In this document: one piece after another, positions 46,938-58,567 of the stretch
How positions within the stretch are numbered: the stretch's first letter is position 1
Layout: every line of letters begins with the position of its first letter
Assembly: GCA_020891255.1 (NCBI GenBank)
Contig: BQFW01000015.1
Location: 2,232,001 to 2,296,000 of the forward strand
Direction of reading: 5' to 3'
Length of the DNA stretch: 64,000 nt
Source of the DNA: Entomortierella parvispora E1425
Lineage: Eukaryota > Fungi > Mortierellomycota
The notes under the pieces: model-generated
What the model was told of the DNA's origin: nothing
Databases searched by the model: none
Seen by the model: the letters and a program-made list of their open reading frames with translations, nothing else
Program-made: the position numbers and the translations under genes

Positions 46938-47220
46938 CGAAAAAGGTTTTACCCAAAGAAACAATAAATACTTGGCCAATCTCCGTGTTTGTTAAAAGGA
47001 AAAGGCGGACTTTGGGCACTTTGGGCTCAGAAACGCAAGACCCTGATGCCCCCGTGCGAGAGCAAAGCAGTATTGTAAAAGCGGAGAAGGAGTGTTGGCC
47101 AATCTTTTTTTTCTTCTAGACTCTTGTCTTTTCATCTCTTCCCCTCCAACATCACCTTCGTCTCGGACGATTCGATCAAACTCTCAACCTCCAAAACGAC
47201 CATAACATTGATACCCCAGG

Positions 47221-48055
47221 ATGCTTGCTAAATCTCTCTTGTTGCTTTTCGTCCAGTCATTGGTGGTGATGGCAGCTTCAATCTCATCCCCCAGAAGTTT
47301 CTCAGAGTCATTGACCGATAATTTGGATAACTTTGACATTGCTGAAGGAATGGGAGGCCAAAACTGGGGTAAGTCTGAAGATTCATGTCTTGGGAGGTTG
47401 AGGGTGAACGATCTGTGCTCGCTTTTGAGTTTCAAACATGAACTCCCCAACTTATTCTTTCTCAAATGGTCTAGGCAGCTCTTACAGTCGAAAGGAGGTC
47501 CACATTACTTCCAAGGGCACCCAGATCACCATTGGTCAGGACTCTCCTTATAAGCCCTTCTCCTCGGGCAAGATCACCTACAAGAATCCTGTGGGCTATG
47601 GCACTTACTCTGTGGACATGATCGGCTCCTCTGTGGTTGGACAGGTGGTAGGCTTCTTCCTCATTGCTCACCGTCCGAACGACCCCCACGGATCCGAGAT
47701 TGACATTGAGCTCACTGGACTCAACACTTCTTTGGCCTGGATGAATGTCTGGTACGACAACAAGCAGTACCCTGTCTCTGTTCCCCTGAAGTTTGACAAC
47801 TCAAAGGACTGGCACAACTACAAGATCGAGTGGCAAAAGGACTTTATTGCTTATTCCATCGATGGAGCCGAGGTTTTGAGAAAGACGGATGTTAAGACAA
47901 CCGACCCTGCCAAGGCCAATTACCAGCTGGCCCTCAATACCTGGACTCAGATTGTGCCTGAGACGAACCTGGCATGGGCTGGCAAGTTTGTATACCCCAA
48001 GAATGGTGAAGTTCCCATGGCGCAATTCAAGAACCTGAAGTACGAGGCATCATAA
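47221..48055 (+). CDS. GH16 glycoside hydrolase, copy 4 (intron 47369-47474)
   Basis: Signal peptide; GYGTYSVDMIG; SEIDIELTG; KFDNSKDWHNYKIEW. Confidence 0.88.
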
Positions 48056-48579
48056 CCCTTCTCCTCCCCTCACCCCGCTCTCTGGCCCCCTTGGTGGAAA
48101 AACCCTGCCACGGGACTCAACATCAGTTTCTCTGTCTTTCAAAAAAAAAAAAAAAAAGTAAAACCATCAAATGACCGCGCTGGTCCCTGGTAAATTGTTT
48201 AGTCACACAGCCGCCGCCTCGGGACCTGCTGGGAAAACTAGGGCATCTGTACATTAGTAACAAGTGATAGGCGGGAGCTGGTGGACTGAAATTTGATGGA
48301 CCGATGGGGGACTAAAGTTCAGCGGACTGAAGGACGATGTGAACTCCTTCTTGAGCCCATGAAACTCCAGATGCAATAAAGTACTCACTTTCATACTCCT
48401 TGGGGCACGTCCTATTTCTCACTTTCCAAGACTCTTTGTTCCTGTAAACTCATAAAAGGTCCCGGCGGTTGAAGACAAGGTCGCTTTTCAAAATCAGCAG
48501 CAACAGCGGCAACCAAAGCTTTGTTTTCCCCCTCTTTTCCGAGTCTCCTCCCCCCTTGTTTTACTTTGAACAACCTTCA

Positions 48580-49477
48580 ATGATGTTCTCGATCCAACTG
48601 GCGGCGACATCACAGGTCTTGTCTGCAATCCTGGTCATGGCCGCAGCCACTGCATTGCCAACTGTGCCAGCTTCACACAAAGCATTCGACGAATCATTGA
48701 CTCATTACCACAATTTTGTCATCGTCAATGGATCTGGCGGTTAGGAATGGGGTGAGTGAGAGAGTACGAAGTGATAAAATGATAAAGAAAAAAAAAGACC
48801 TGAGCACTCATCCATTTTGTCCCTTTTTTCTCCTCTTCTCTCTTCAGGAAGCGCGTACACGCGATCCCTGGTCCACAACTCGTCGCTCGGAACACAGATT
48901 ACCATCGGTCATGACTCCCCCCTCAAGCCCTACTCTTGCGGAGAGATCATCTACCATCCCAAGGACGAGGAGAGCAAACCCAAGCTTGCCACAGAAGCTC
49001 GCCTCGGACCCGGGATGGGCTATGGTACTTATAGCATTGACATGATCGGTTCCAGTGTGGAGGGACTAGTAGCCGGTTTCTTTCTTCTGGCCCATACCTC
49101 TCAAGATGAGCATGCTTCCGAGATAGATATCGAGCTCACAGGAAGGAACACGTCAAAAGTCTGGTTGAACGTTTGGTACGATCGAAAAGCAGTCCCCGGT
49201 TCCAATCTCCTTGCCATCCTTTGACCATGCCAAGGATTGGCACCGCTACCTATTTGAATGGCGCAAACACTTTATTGCTTGGTCGATCGATGGACAGGTG
49301 GTCCTGAACAGGACTGACTTGAAGTGGACCGACCCTGAACAGACCCATTATTACAAGTTGGTGATCAACAGTTGGACTCAGATCAAGAAGGATGACAAGT
49401 GGGCTGGCTCATTCAAATACCTTGAAGATGGAACGGTGCCAACAGCCCAGTTTAGAAACTTGAGTTATCGTCCTTGA
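48580..49477 (+). pseudogene. GH16 copy 5, probably pseudogenised
   Basis: In-frame TAG at 48742-48744 where copy 4 has Gln (GGQNWG), plus a +1 A in the run at 49185-49188 (DRK/QSPVPI). Otherwise full length with intact SEIDIELTG and intron 48752-48847. Confidence 0.8.
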
Positions 49478-49838
49478 GAATGATATGACAGGTAGTGAAG
49501 GCACTCTGCTGCAAACAAAGTACAATAAACAATCCCCTTCCCCCCCCCCCCCCCATGCAAACGATTTTCAGCAACGAACAAAAACATATCATACACACAT
49601 GCACAAAACACGAAACCTGCAGGGGTTCAGGTACCAGAAGCGTTGAGCCACAAGAGGTGTGTGAGTGGGTTGACTGAGTTTGCAGATGTCCGTCCCACCA
49701 GCTGTGCTGTGCTTGTCTCTTTTGAGTTTGGAACGTGCAGCACAATTTAGGTTTACGCTGTGTTGGCTCGACCGCCTGTGTGCACAAGTTTGAGTCCGTG
49801 CAATGGTCTGGCACTTTTTTTCTTCTGGCGGAGATGAA

Positions 49839-49882
49839 TGCCATGCTGTGCCATGCTGTGCCATGTTGTGCCATGTTGTGCC
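49839..49882. repeat. 10-bp tandem repeat (TGCCATGYTG)x4
   Basis: Seen directly, about 450 nt upstream of the secreted orphan gene. Confidence 0.9.
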
Positions 49883-50326
49883 TGCATGTACCACACGGCT
49901 GGCCAAAGACCAAAGGGACCGAGTCTCACGTCTGATGGTTTCCCCTCTGTCTTGCCAATTGACGAACAGACCCTGTTGATGACCGCATCGATGGTTTGGT
50001 CACCTTCGCTTTTTGCTATGCTGTGCGCACAAACTCTGCAAGAGGACCCCCCCCCCCCCCAAAAAAAAATTGTGCTTTGTGCACAACCAACAGGCCTATT
50101 CTCTCAGGGTCCAACAACCGTTGGCCCCTGTTACCAGAACAAGGATGTCATCTGAGTCCCTGCATGGTTTCTCCTTTCACATCCAGACGCACATGCACGC
50201 AAGAAATGCACACACAGACACACACAATAGCTAGAACAAACACCCCTGCTTCATCCCTTTTCACTTTTTTCCCTTTCTTTTCACTCTCTCACAACAACAT
50301 CCACCCATCAAAAAACAGTTGCTGCC

Positions 50327-50908
50327 ATGAAGTCCTCCACTATTGTTATGACCATTGCCGTCCTTTTGGCTTCTTGTGCCTGGGCCGTCGCATTGCTCAT
50401 CAACTCGGCCTTGATCTCCATCGACCCTATTGCACCCCTCAACGAGTCCCTTGTCGAGCTCCTTCCTCCGCAGGAAGCCGACAACAACAACAACAACAAC
50501 AACAACGGCGACCACAACACCACCCTTCCTGGTTCGATCATCCCTTTGCTTCCCTTTAACGCCTTTTTGTTGGAAGACCTTCCTATCCATGTCCCTGAAG
50601 ACCCCACACTCGAAGTGCAAGCTCTCAAGAACGTAAAAGATGAGGAGCAGCTCGTCTCCACACAACCTCTCCTCACCGATGCCCTGAGCCCCGCCATTGT
50701 CGATATCTTGCCCTTTGAACTCACAAAGGGTCAATTGGGTCAAAATGAACCCAAGGTCATCTCGATCAATAACCCCGTCCTGCCATTTGACCCCTACTTT
50801 TGGTCGAAAACCTTGCCTGATACCAAGAAGGACGAGGGCCCAGCAACCGTCTCGATCGAACCCGTTATCATCATCTCCATCGGTCCTTTGACACCAGTGA
50901 ACAAATGA
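50327..50908 (+). CDS. Small secreted Pro/Leu/Ile-rich protein of unknown function, with poly-Asn
   Basis: ATG after a pyrimidine-rich leader; signal-peptide-like MKSSTIVMTIAVLLASCAWA; recurring LPF[N/E/D] motifs; (AAC)n run. Confidence 0.65.
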   Translation: MKSSTIVMTIAVLLASCAWAVALLINSALISIDPIAPLNESLVELLPPQEADNNNNNNNNGDHNTTLPGSIIPLLPFNAFLLEDLPIHVPEDPTLEVQALKNVKDEEQLVSTQPLLTDALSPAIVDILPFELTKGQLGQNEPKVISINNPVLPFDPYFWSKTLPDTKKDEGPATVSIEPVIIISIGPLTPVNK

Positions 50909-51332
50909 GACCTTGGTCGAGCAATTGCCCGCAACCTCGGCCTAGAAAACCTGGACAGTTCCATATTTTTCTTGTTGAGATCCATTTCTCGTTGCTTCTA
51001 TACCATCAAATACACTTGAAGTTTTTAATCTTTTTTAATAATGAAACATGGGCATGACAAAATATGGGCAAGACAAAGTGGCTACAAGAAAAATGGAACA
51101 AACATGGCATAGGGTAGGGCTTTGGGGATGGCAAGATCGCATGCAAATATGAAGAAACAGGTCGACTGCGACTTTGAAAGACAGAGAGAGAGAGAGAGAA
51201 AAAAAAAAGAGAAGAGATTCTACAACACCATTAATTGAGGTGGCGAGTGGAGGGGAATAAAGGTGTATTTACAAAGGCGCACTCAGTCGAGGAACACCAT
51301 CGACCATCAAAGGTCACAAAGCAATTGCTCAT

Positions 51333-53259
51333 TCAAGACCGGGAATGAAATCCAAGCCCAGTGCCGTGGCCAAGAGAATGCATTTGGCGCTGCTGTTGCT
51401 CTTGCTGTAGCTGCTGATGTTGCCGTTGTCTCTGCTGCTGTTGGGGGGTATTCTGTCCCAAAAATGGCGATCCAACTCTTTCTGATCCGGAGTTTCCTTC
51501 ATTACTGTTTCCGCGATTTTGATGATGGTTGCCATTGCCGTTCGAGGAATTCCCTCCAAAATTGACGCGGGGACTGCCTGTGGTGGGGCTTGAAAAATTA
51601 ATGGGCGTGCTTGGGTGGATACCAATGACCCATCCAAGCTTATTCTTGAACTCTTCGATTGCTTGAGAAAACCTTCCTTGGGTTGCAATGTTGTGTTGCT
51701 CAAGACTAGTTGATAGAAGCAAAGCAAGAGCGTTAATCAACTTTATCCGATGGCCTTCAATTGCTTTATCAACAAAGACGTGCAAAACGACCTACTTTTT
51801 AGCCCATTCCTGCACAGTTATTTGGCCAAAGATCTTTCCTTCGTCCAGTTTGCTAGCAGCTTCCTGAATGGCCTTGATCCAATATTCTACCAAAGTCTTG
51901 TAGGCATCCATTTTGATCTGGTTGTTTGCTGGGCTGTCCCAAGTTGGTAGCCGATGGCAGAACTCTGTTGCAATATGGAGAAATGAAAATGAAGTCGTTG
52001 GGAATTCTGGTGGTGAGGTGAAATGGTTCGAGTACTCCATCAGTGTATCCTATCAGTGAAAGCATCAAAGAAAGAGTTTAGAGGCAATTGAGCGGCCAGT
52101 TCACATGCGAGACGACAATGATAGCTCAGAAGCGTTGCATCAAGGCAGAGCTGTCAACATACCACAAGTTCATCCAAGGCAGGCTTGACTCTGTTGAACG
52201 AGTAGTCGTCTCTTCCAGGACCCCATTTCGTGTAGGGATAGGCAGCAAGAAGTTTGGCTTCCAGCGAGGCAAGGTGTGTTTGGACAGAGGCGACGGTGGG
52301 GCGAGGAACCAAGCGAGAGATGTCGTCGATGAGCGAAGGGTGGCTTTCAACCAGGGTGCTGACGAGGTCGACCAATTGCGTATTTGAAAGTGTGGCTGTG
52401 AAAGGAAAAAGAGAAACAGTGACAGTTAGAGACATGAGAGCCAGAGCCAACGCCATTTCGGTGATTATGAATAAGCGCAACGCCAGGCATTGCGTACTCC
52501 TCAAGACGCAATCGCCACCTTTTGTGCCGCGCAAAATAAAGAAAAAAAAAAAGAGCGTGTTTGCTCTCCGCCGTTTTCTGTTTTTGGGAGGGGGAGGGGA
52601 TGGTCTCGTCCATTCAATTCAGCAAGACACAAGATTGTCAGTCTTACCAATCAGCTTGGCCACCGTCTTTGTCTTTTCGCCTAATGTCCGGACTCGCTTG
52701 ACTTTGGCCTGCTCATTGCTGCTGTCCGTGTCGTTGGCAGAGGGAGAGGGAGGGCCAGACGAGGGCATGGGACTATCAATGTCCAGGCTCGGCTTCCGCT
52801 TCAACGTGGCTATTGAATCAGGCATTAATAGATTATTAAATTGAGCACAAGTGGTGGCAAGACCCGGAGAACAATGGAAGACGGAGCAGCGAGGAGTGGA
52901 GGGTGAAAAGGGTGGAACAAGAAAGAAGAAAAAAAATAAAAAAGGAATGAGAGGATGGAGGTCTGTTCGTCGCAATGAGGGTGAAAAAGGGGAACTTTTT
53001 CTTTCTTTCTTGCTTCAGCTTCACTCAAGGCAAGGAAGGGCACCGCAGAAACAAGGTTGCAGTTGGGGGGCCATGTGCAACCATGGCAGAAACACTTACT
53101 GCGAGGGGCATTGTCCATATTGGGGGTCTGGTTCGGGCTATAAGGAGGACGTTGGAAGGGCAGGCGGGGCTGGGCAAGGTTCCCGCTGAACTGATGAGGA
53201 TGCTGAAAGGCCGAGGAGGGCGACTGAGGAATGGCAAAGCATGGACTGTTTGAACCCAT
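51333..53259 (-). CDS. STS1: Nuclear proteasome tethering factor Sts1/Cut8. Exons approx. 53259-53100, 52809-52648, 52395-52163, 52049-51796, 51705-51333
   Basis: TLKRK..KRVR (NLS-like), KLIA|TLSNTQLVDLVSTLVESHP.L...VPRPT..., YPY..., DDYSFNRVKPALDEL, SFSFLH.AT...H.LP.WD, WAKKNLEQHN...F..AI..F...LGW. All introns are GT-AG and keep frame. Confidence 0.85.
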
Positions 53260-53997
53260 TGAGAGGAGTGCAGGGAGGAAGGGGCGACTGTGCGAGAGGG
53301 CGTGAGCTTGGATTGCGTGGGGGCAGAGAGGCAGGAGGGCAGACTCGCGTTCTTGCTTAATGGTTCAGGAAGCTTTCAATGAGGAGGAGGAGGTGGATGA
53401 TGGCGGTCGAATAGTTGGAGCAAGAAGGACAAGGAAGACAAAGAGGACAAAGAGGACAAGAGGGCGAATGGCAATGGAAAAAAGAAAAAGAGGGAGAAGG
53501 ATGCAGACAAACATGCAGAAATGGGACACTCGCCAAAGAGCGAAGCGGCGCTTCTGCGCCCCGTAAGCCGGTCGTTTACAGCACACGCACAGCATGAACT
53601 GCGGTGACGCATTCATCACGTGCTCCATGAAGTGAGCCTTTTGCAGCGAACAACGCGTTCGAGTGTCCTTGAGTCGTTCGACATACGCTCCACAGGAAAG
53701 CGTCCCAAAAGACGGCCCGCCACAAGATGGCCCTTGAGGGCGACTCTCTCTAAATATTCCTTTTGGACAACAAAATGATTGAATTTACTAAAAAAAGGGA
53801 ACTGATTCTACAGTACAAAAAACGGAGCAAGTGGAGGAAGAAGAGCAGTATGGTAGGCAAAGAGGTATATAGCTATAGACAAGAAAAGGATAGAGATCCT
53901 TCTCAGATGCCACTCATACATGAAGTTGAAAAAAAAAAGAAACAATTGTGTCTCTCTTTAGATCCACTGCGGAAAAATAAAAAAAGCATCTCTTGTT

Positions 53998-56900
53998 CTA
54001 CAAGGATGTGTATTCTTCCCAGTCCACATAATAGTATTTGCCCATGTGGCTGTTCCTAGGCGAGTTCTGTCTCCGAAGTGTCGTCCCACTGCCTGAAAAT
54101 GAAATGCTGGCATTGGAGGAATCTTGGCTCGCAATGGACGATACAGAGTCCTTGGCCATATGTCGGCGCAGAGGTTGCGTTGGTTGTTGCAATGGCTGTT
54201 GTTGGCCCAAAGCAATCTCAGACGACAATGGAGATGTAGGTTGCGGCGTTGAGTGGCCGGTCGAGTGTCCCATGCTGTAGATCGGTCCTGTCGCAATAGG
54301 TTCGCTGGAAGAATTGTTCCCAAGCAACGCTGCTCCAAGGGATCCCATATCCAGCCACCAACTGCTAACCTTCTTGAGCTTGCGTCGTCTCACACCGTGG
54401 GCCTTGCTAACATAGTACCAGTAATCTTGATCCTGAGTCCACTCGTGATGTTCAGGCAAGTGGTCAGAGTCGTTGTAGGTCTGCAATAAAACAAGTTCCA
54501 TAGGCAGCGCGTGGGGCGGTGGTGCGAACGTGAGAGGTGCAGATGCAGCGCCTTGGACTTTTGAAGGGGCTCCTTGATTGGGCGACTCGGGCTCCATCTG
54601 CTTAAACTCTCCATTGTTCGTCTCAAACGGACTGATCTGTCGCTCTAAGGGGATCGTGGTCTTGAGCCAGAGTTCAGATTCATTGTCCTCTTTCTCACTG
54701 ACCTTTGTGCCAGTCTCAAATGGAGCCGCTGGCAGTTCTTTACTCAGTGAAGGCTGGGTCCACGCGCTTGTCAGAGGACCACCCACTGCCCTATGGCTGC
54801 TCAATGGACTGTGATTATCCCTGGGCTGACGACCTTGTCGACCTTCCTGGGGTTGCCAGTCATTCCTGTTTGATTTTGAAAGCTGACGCAACTGATCCAG
54901 ACGTGAAGGATCATCCTCCAACACATTAAGACCTGTCACCTGCTTTGACATGTTGGGAGTCGAGGCGTGTCTCTGAATTCCTGGTCGTCTCCTTTCTTTC
55001 GCGCTGGATGACGCGCCTGTTGATTTGGACGAAAGTTTCTGGGCAGAGGTTGCTCCCGAAAATAATTCCGTTTTGGGCGCCACGCTAGACCCAGCCGCAT
55101 CACTGCGCTCTTGTTGCTCACAAAGTCCATTGGATTGTTTCGCCCGGGACAACACAGTTTCCTGACCCTTTTGGGGCCAAGAGAGCGGCGTTGCGGACGG
55201 CAGGAGAGGCGAGTCGTGCATCGTTGATGCGGGGGACTGTGCGACAATTGGTGTTACATTCTCTGCGTGGCAGTGAGTTTGACTCCTGTTGCGGGAAATG
55301 CCATTGGCAGGGGACTGTCCTGGAGGAGATGCTTGTTGACGCAGGGGCGAAGGGAGAGGTGTGGTCGACCTGGAGCTGATAGGAGTATCCTGTGGGGTAG
55401 AGTTGGTGCTAAAAGAGAACGGTTTGCTGGTGTTGTGGTTGGGTGTGCTAACGTTGTTGCATTGGTAAAGGTTGAAGCTTCTCCGCTTTTCCTTCGAATC
55501 CTTGGTCCCAGGGGATGGGAGTAGCGTTGCAGAATGAGGTCGCTGTCCAGGTTGATGTGGGGATGAAGGTGGGAGCTGCGGGAGTTCCTTCTTGCCTCTG
55601 TTTTGGATCACCAAGACCTCCTTCATCTCGTCGATTTGAGTCGCATTCAGCTGGCCTGTGGAGATTAGCTGATCTCGGGCAGACTTGCAAGCTGGGCAAG
55701 TGCAGAGCTGATGGGCGGTCGTGGGGTAGTGGTAATAAGCCGAGGGAGGAAGCAGCGATTTCGAGACCCGTTTGATCACATACTGCTCCAACCATCAGAT
55801 AACAGACCAGGGAGAGGCGAGGAAGGGAAAGGCGGGAATGAAGAGCCCAAAAGAAGTCGAGCACCGATGGACAGACAGACCGACAGATACAGACCGACAG
55901 ATACAGCGGACAGACCAACAAGACACAGACCGACGGGACAAAGGGGATGGAAGAACAAAGAATTCTGCCTCGTCAGCACATCACGATCGAAGAAATTATT
56001 TCGCCCACTCGTTGGGCGGGCACCAGTTCTGCGTCCAATAACACCATGCATTGCATTCCTTTACCTTTTTGCCGTTTGCTCTCGAGAGGACCGTGACAGT
56101 CCAACTGTACCTTCCAATGCCCCAGATCCCCTTCCCGTGCCGAAAGCTCTCCTGATCGAGTACATACTTGTCGAGAAGAGATTGAGGGAGTCGGATCGAC
56201 ATCAAGATCGAGGGGAAGGGGGAGTTTGCAAAGGGGTCGGCCGCCTGTGGTTGCTTCTGCTGAGGGGACGCATGTGGCATCATCGGGTGCGAATGGCGGC
56301 CGTTCGGCGACCCAGTTGAGCTGGCGTTTTGCTGCTGGTAAAAATGCTGCTTACTGTCGTTGCCGTGGCTATAGATCAATGGTTTGAACGACAGGTTGGG
56401 TTTGGTAAATTTGAATCCGGAGCTGCCGGAAGAAGATCGGGCCGAGGATGATGTGGAGACAGTTGAAGTTGTGCGCGACGGTTTGGCCCGTGGATCTTGG
56501 ACCTGCGCAGAGGAGCGTGTCTGGGACTGTAGTGATTGTTGGGAGGGCATGGTCGAGTGATGGAGGTCCAGACTGGAGGACGATGGGTGTCTGTTGTTTT
56601 CGCTCTCGCCCGTCGGGAAACGTTGTAGGCTCAGCTGGCTCAAGGACTCGGATTTGCCACTGTTGATCGAGGTTGCGCGTGTGAACGCGAGGGTACTGCT
56701 GCTCGTGGGTGACTTGCTGCTGTTGTTAGCACTGGTGCTGGTACTGGTGCCAGAACTGGAGTTGGTGCTTCCACTGCTGCTGCTGGCGCTGGAGGTGCTC
56801 TTGTTGGACAACGAGGACTGTGAAAGCATGCTCTGGCGAGATAATGAATTCGACCTGGACACGGTATTCGAACTCGCACGACCGTGACCTTGGGGCAGAG

Positions 56901-57447
56901 GAGAGAGTGGTTGTTGCAAAACAGTCGGCTCTGGGCTGTTCCTGTCCTGGTTCTTATCTGCAGAATAGCTATTATTGCTGTGGTGGTGCTTACTGACCTC
57001 GGCTCGTCGATGACTCTCCGATATCTCCTTGGAGGACGGAGACAGCGTTGGTGGAAACACGGGTAATGGCTTGTTGCGCAAGGACTCTGCAGGCGACAAT
57101 GGCTCTGCCTTGGAGGGCGAAGTAGCCTTGGTGGCGGCCATGTCGATCTCTTCTCGAACGGGCGCGCCTTTGTCCTGCCTTTCGCTGTGCCCGTTGCTGT
57201 TGTTAATGCTGCTGCCGGTGTCGGTGCTGCGAGAGAGCTGCGGGGGTGACTGAGGAAAAGAAGGAAGACAGGGGGGGTCCAGTAACTGTTCAAAGTCTCT
57301 GACGTCCTTCTGGCTGTCCTGGGCTCTTTGCAGAGGAAGGCCTGGTCTGCCTTGTAAAGTGGGCGAGGTGGCTGCAGAAAGCGTGAAGGGGGACGAGGAC
57401 GCTGAAGACGAAGTTGGTAGGGCTTGCTTGGAGGAGACGTTTCCCAT
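53998..57447 (-). CDS. Putative N-myristoylated pseudokinase: Ser-rich disordered N-terminus plus PASK/PIM-like N-lobe only. Exons 57447-56065 and 55782-53998
   Basis: MGNVSS start; GKGIWGIGRYSWT..SRANGKK|YVIKRVSK; then after a long insert LPMELVLL..WTQDQDYWYYVSKAHG. No HRD/DFG/APE before the stop. Confidence 0.7.
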
Positions 57448-57716
57448 TGAGGGTGGACAGTCAAAGAATGAAGGCGAAAGAGCGAAAGACTGCAGGCAGC
57501 GAGTGGATGCTGAGAGGGTGGGTGATCTGTCTTTCTTTTCGGTGGGTCGATGGACTCACATGGACGAGGGTGTCTATGGGAAGAAGAAGAAGAATGGGTC
57601 GCGAGCGTGACTGAATGTTGCTGAGAGGAAAGGGGGATGGGTGAATGAATGAATGAATGAATGAAAGAGAGACGGAAGAAGAGAAGAGAAAGGAGGACGG
57701 CGGACGAGAAGGACAA

Positions 57717-57719
<3 letters not shown>

Positions 57720-57785
<66 letters not shown>
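57720..57785. repeat. (GA)n dinucleotide microsatellite, with adjacent (GAAT)n at about 57641-57663
   Basis: Perfect run of about 32 units. Confidence 0.97.
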
Positions 57786-57790
<5 letters not shown>

Positions 57791-58567
57791 ACAGAAAGAC
57801 AAAACACAGACAGACAAGGAGGGGAAGGGAGAACGGATGGTTAAACAGGAAAAGGAAAAAAAATGAACAGAGAGAGAGAGAGTCGACTGACCTTGACCCT
57901 TCTGCTCAATGACAGTGTAATGTTGCAGGTCCTGTCCTCCTTTCCTTTGCTGACTGTGCAGCGTCCCTCCCTTGTCGCTTGTCCTTCCTCTGTCGACGAA
58001 TGCATGGCTGCCCTTGCTTGCATGCATGGTCATGGCCTCATGGCAAGCCACCTGGTCGTCCTGTCCTGTCCGTCTCTTGTCTCTTATCCAGCCAAGACCA
58101 AGACAACAGCCCTGCTTTGCTCTGTCCCGACTCTTTCAATCTTCACTGATATCATGTCCCGTTGTGATCGGTCGATGGCCGATCCAATTGCATCCAACCA
58201 GCGTCTCTTGGTTTCTCTTTCTTTCTTTCTCTTTCTCTTTCTCTCTTCTCTCGTCTCGTCCTTTCCGGTGTGGAATGGACCCTCTCTCCCTCATCATGAC
58301 CCATGGCTGCTCTTCCTGCAACTGGTCTGGCAACAGTCATCGACCTGGATAGAGCGCTCGTTGCTCAACTTCACTGGCTCCAAAGGTACAAGGGATTGGG
58401 ACAGACGTCTTCTATTAACCGTTCTATTTTTTTCGGCGTCGGCTGCAACGCAGCCCTAATGCGAAATGCATCCAGAAATACAAAAAACTCTCTGTCTTTC
58501 TCTCTGTTCTATGGTAGTGGTACAATTCATTTTGGCAAAATTGCCTCTCATCCCTTTTCCTGTTTGT

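Noticed and set aside
56640-57716. 358-aa alternative-frame ORF overlapping the half-kinase exon 1
   Set aside because: Low-complexity shifted frame of a Ser-rich region that starts in a microsatellite-rich leader.
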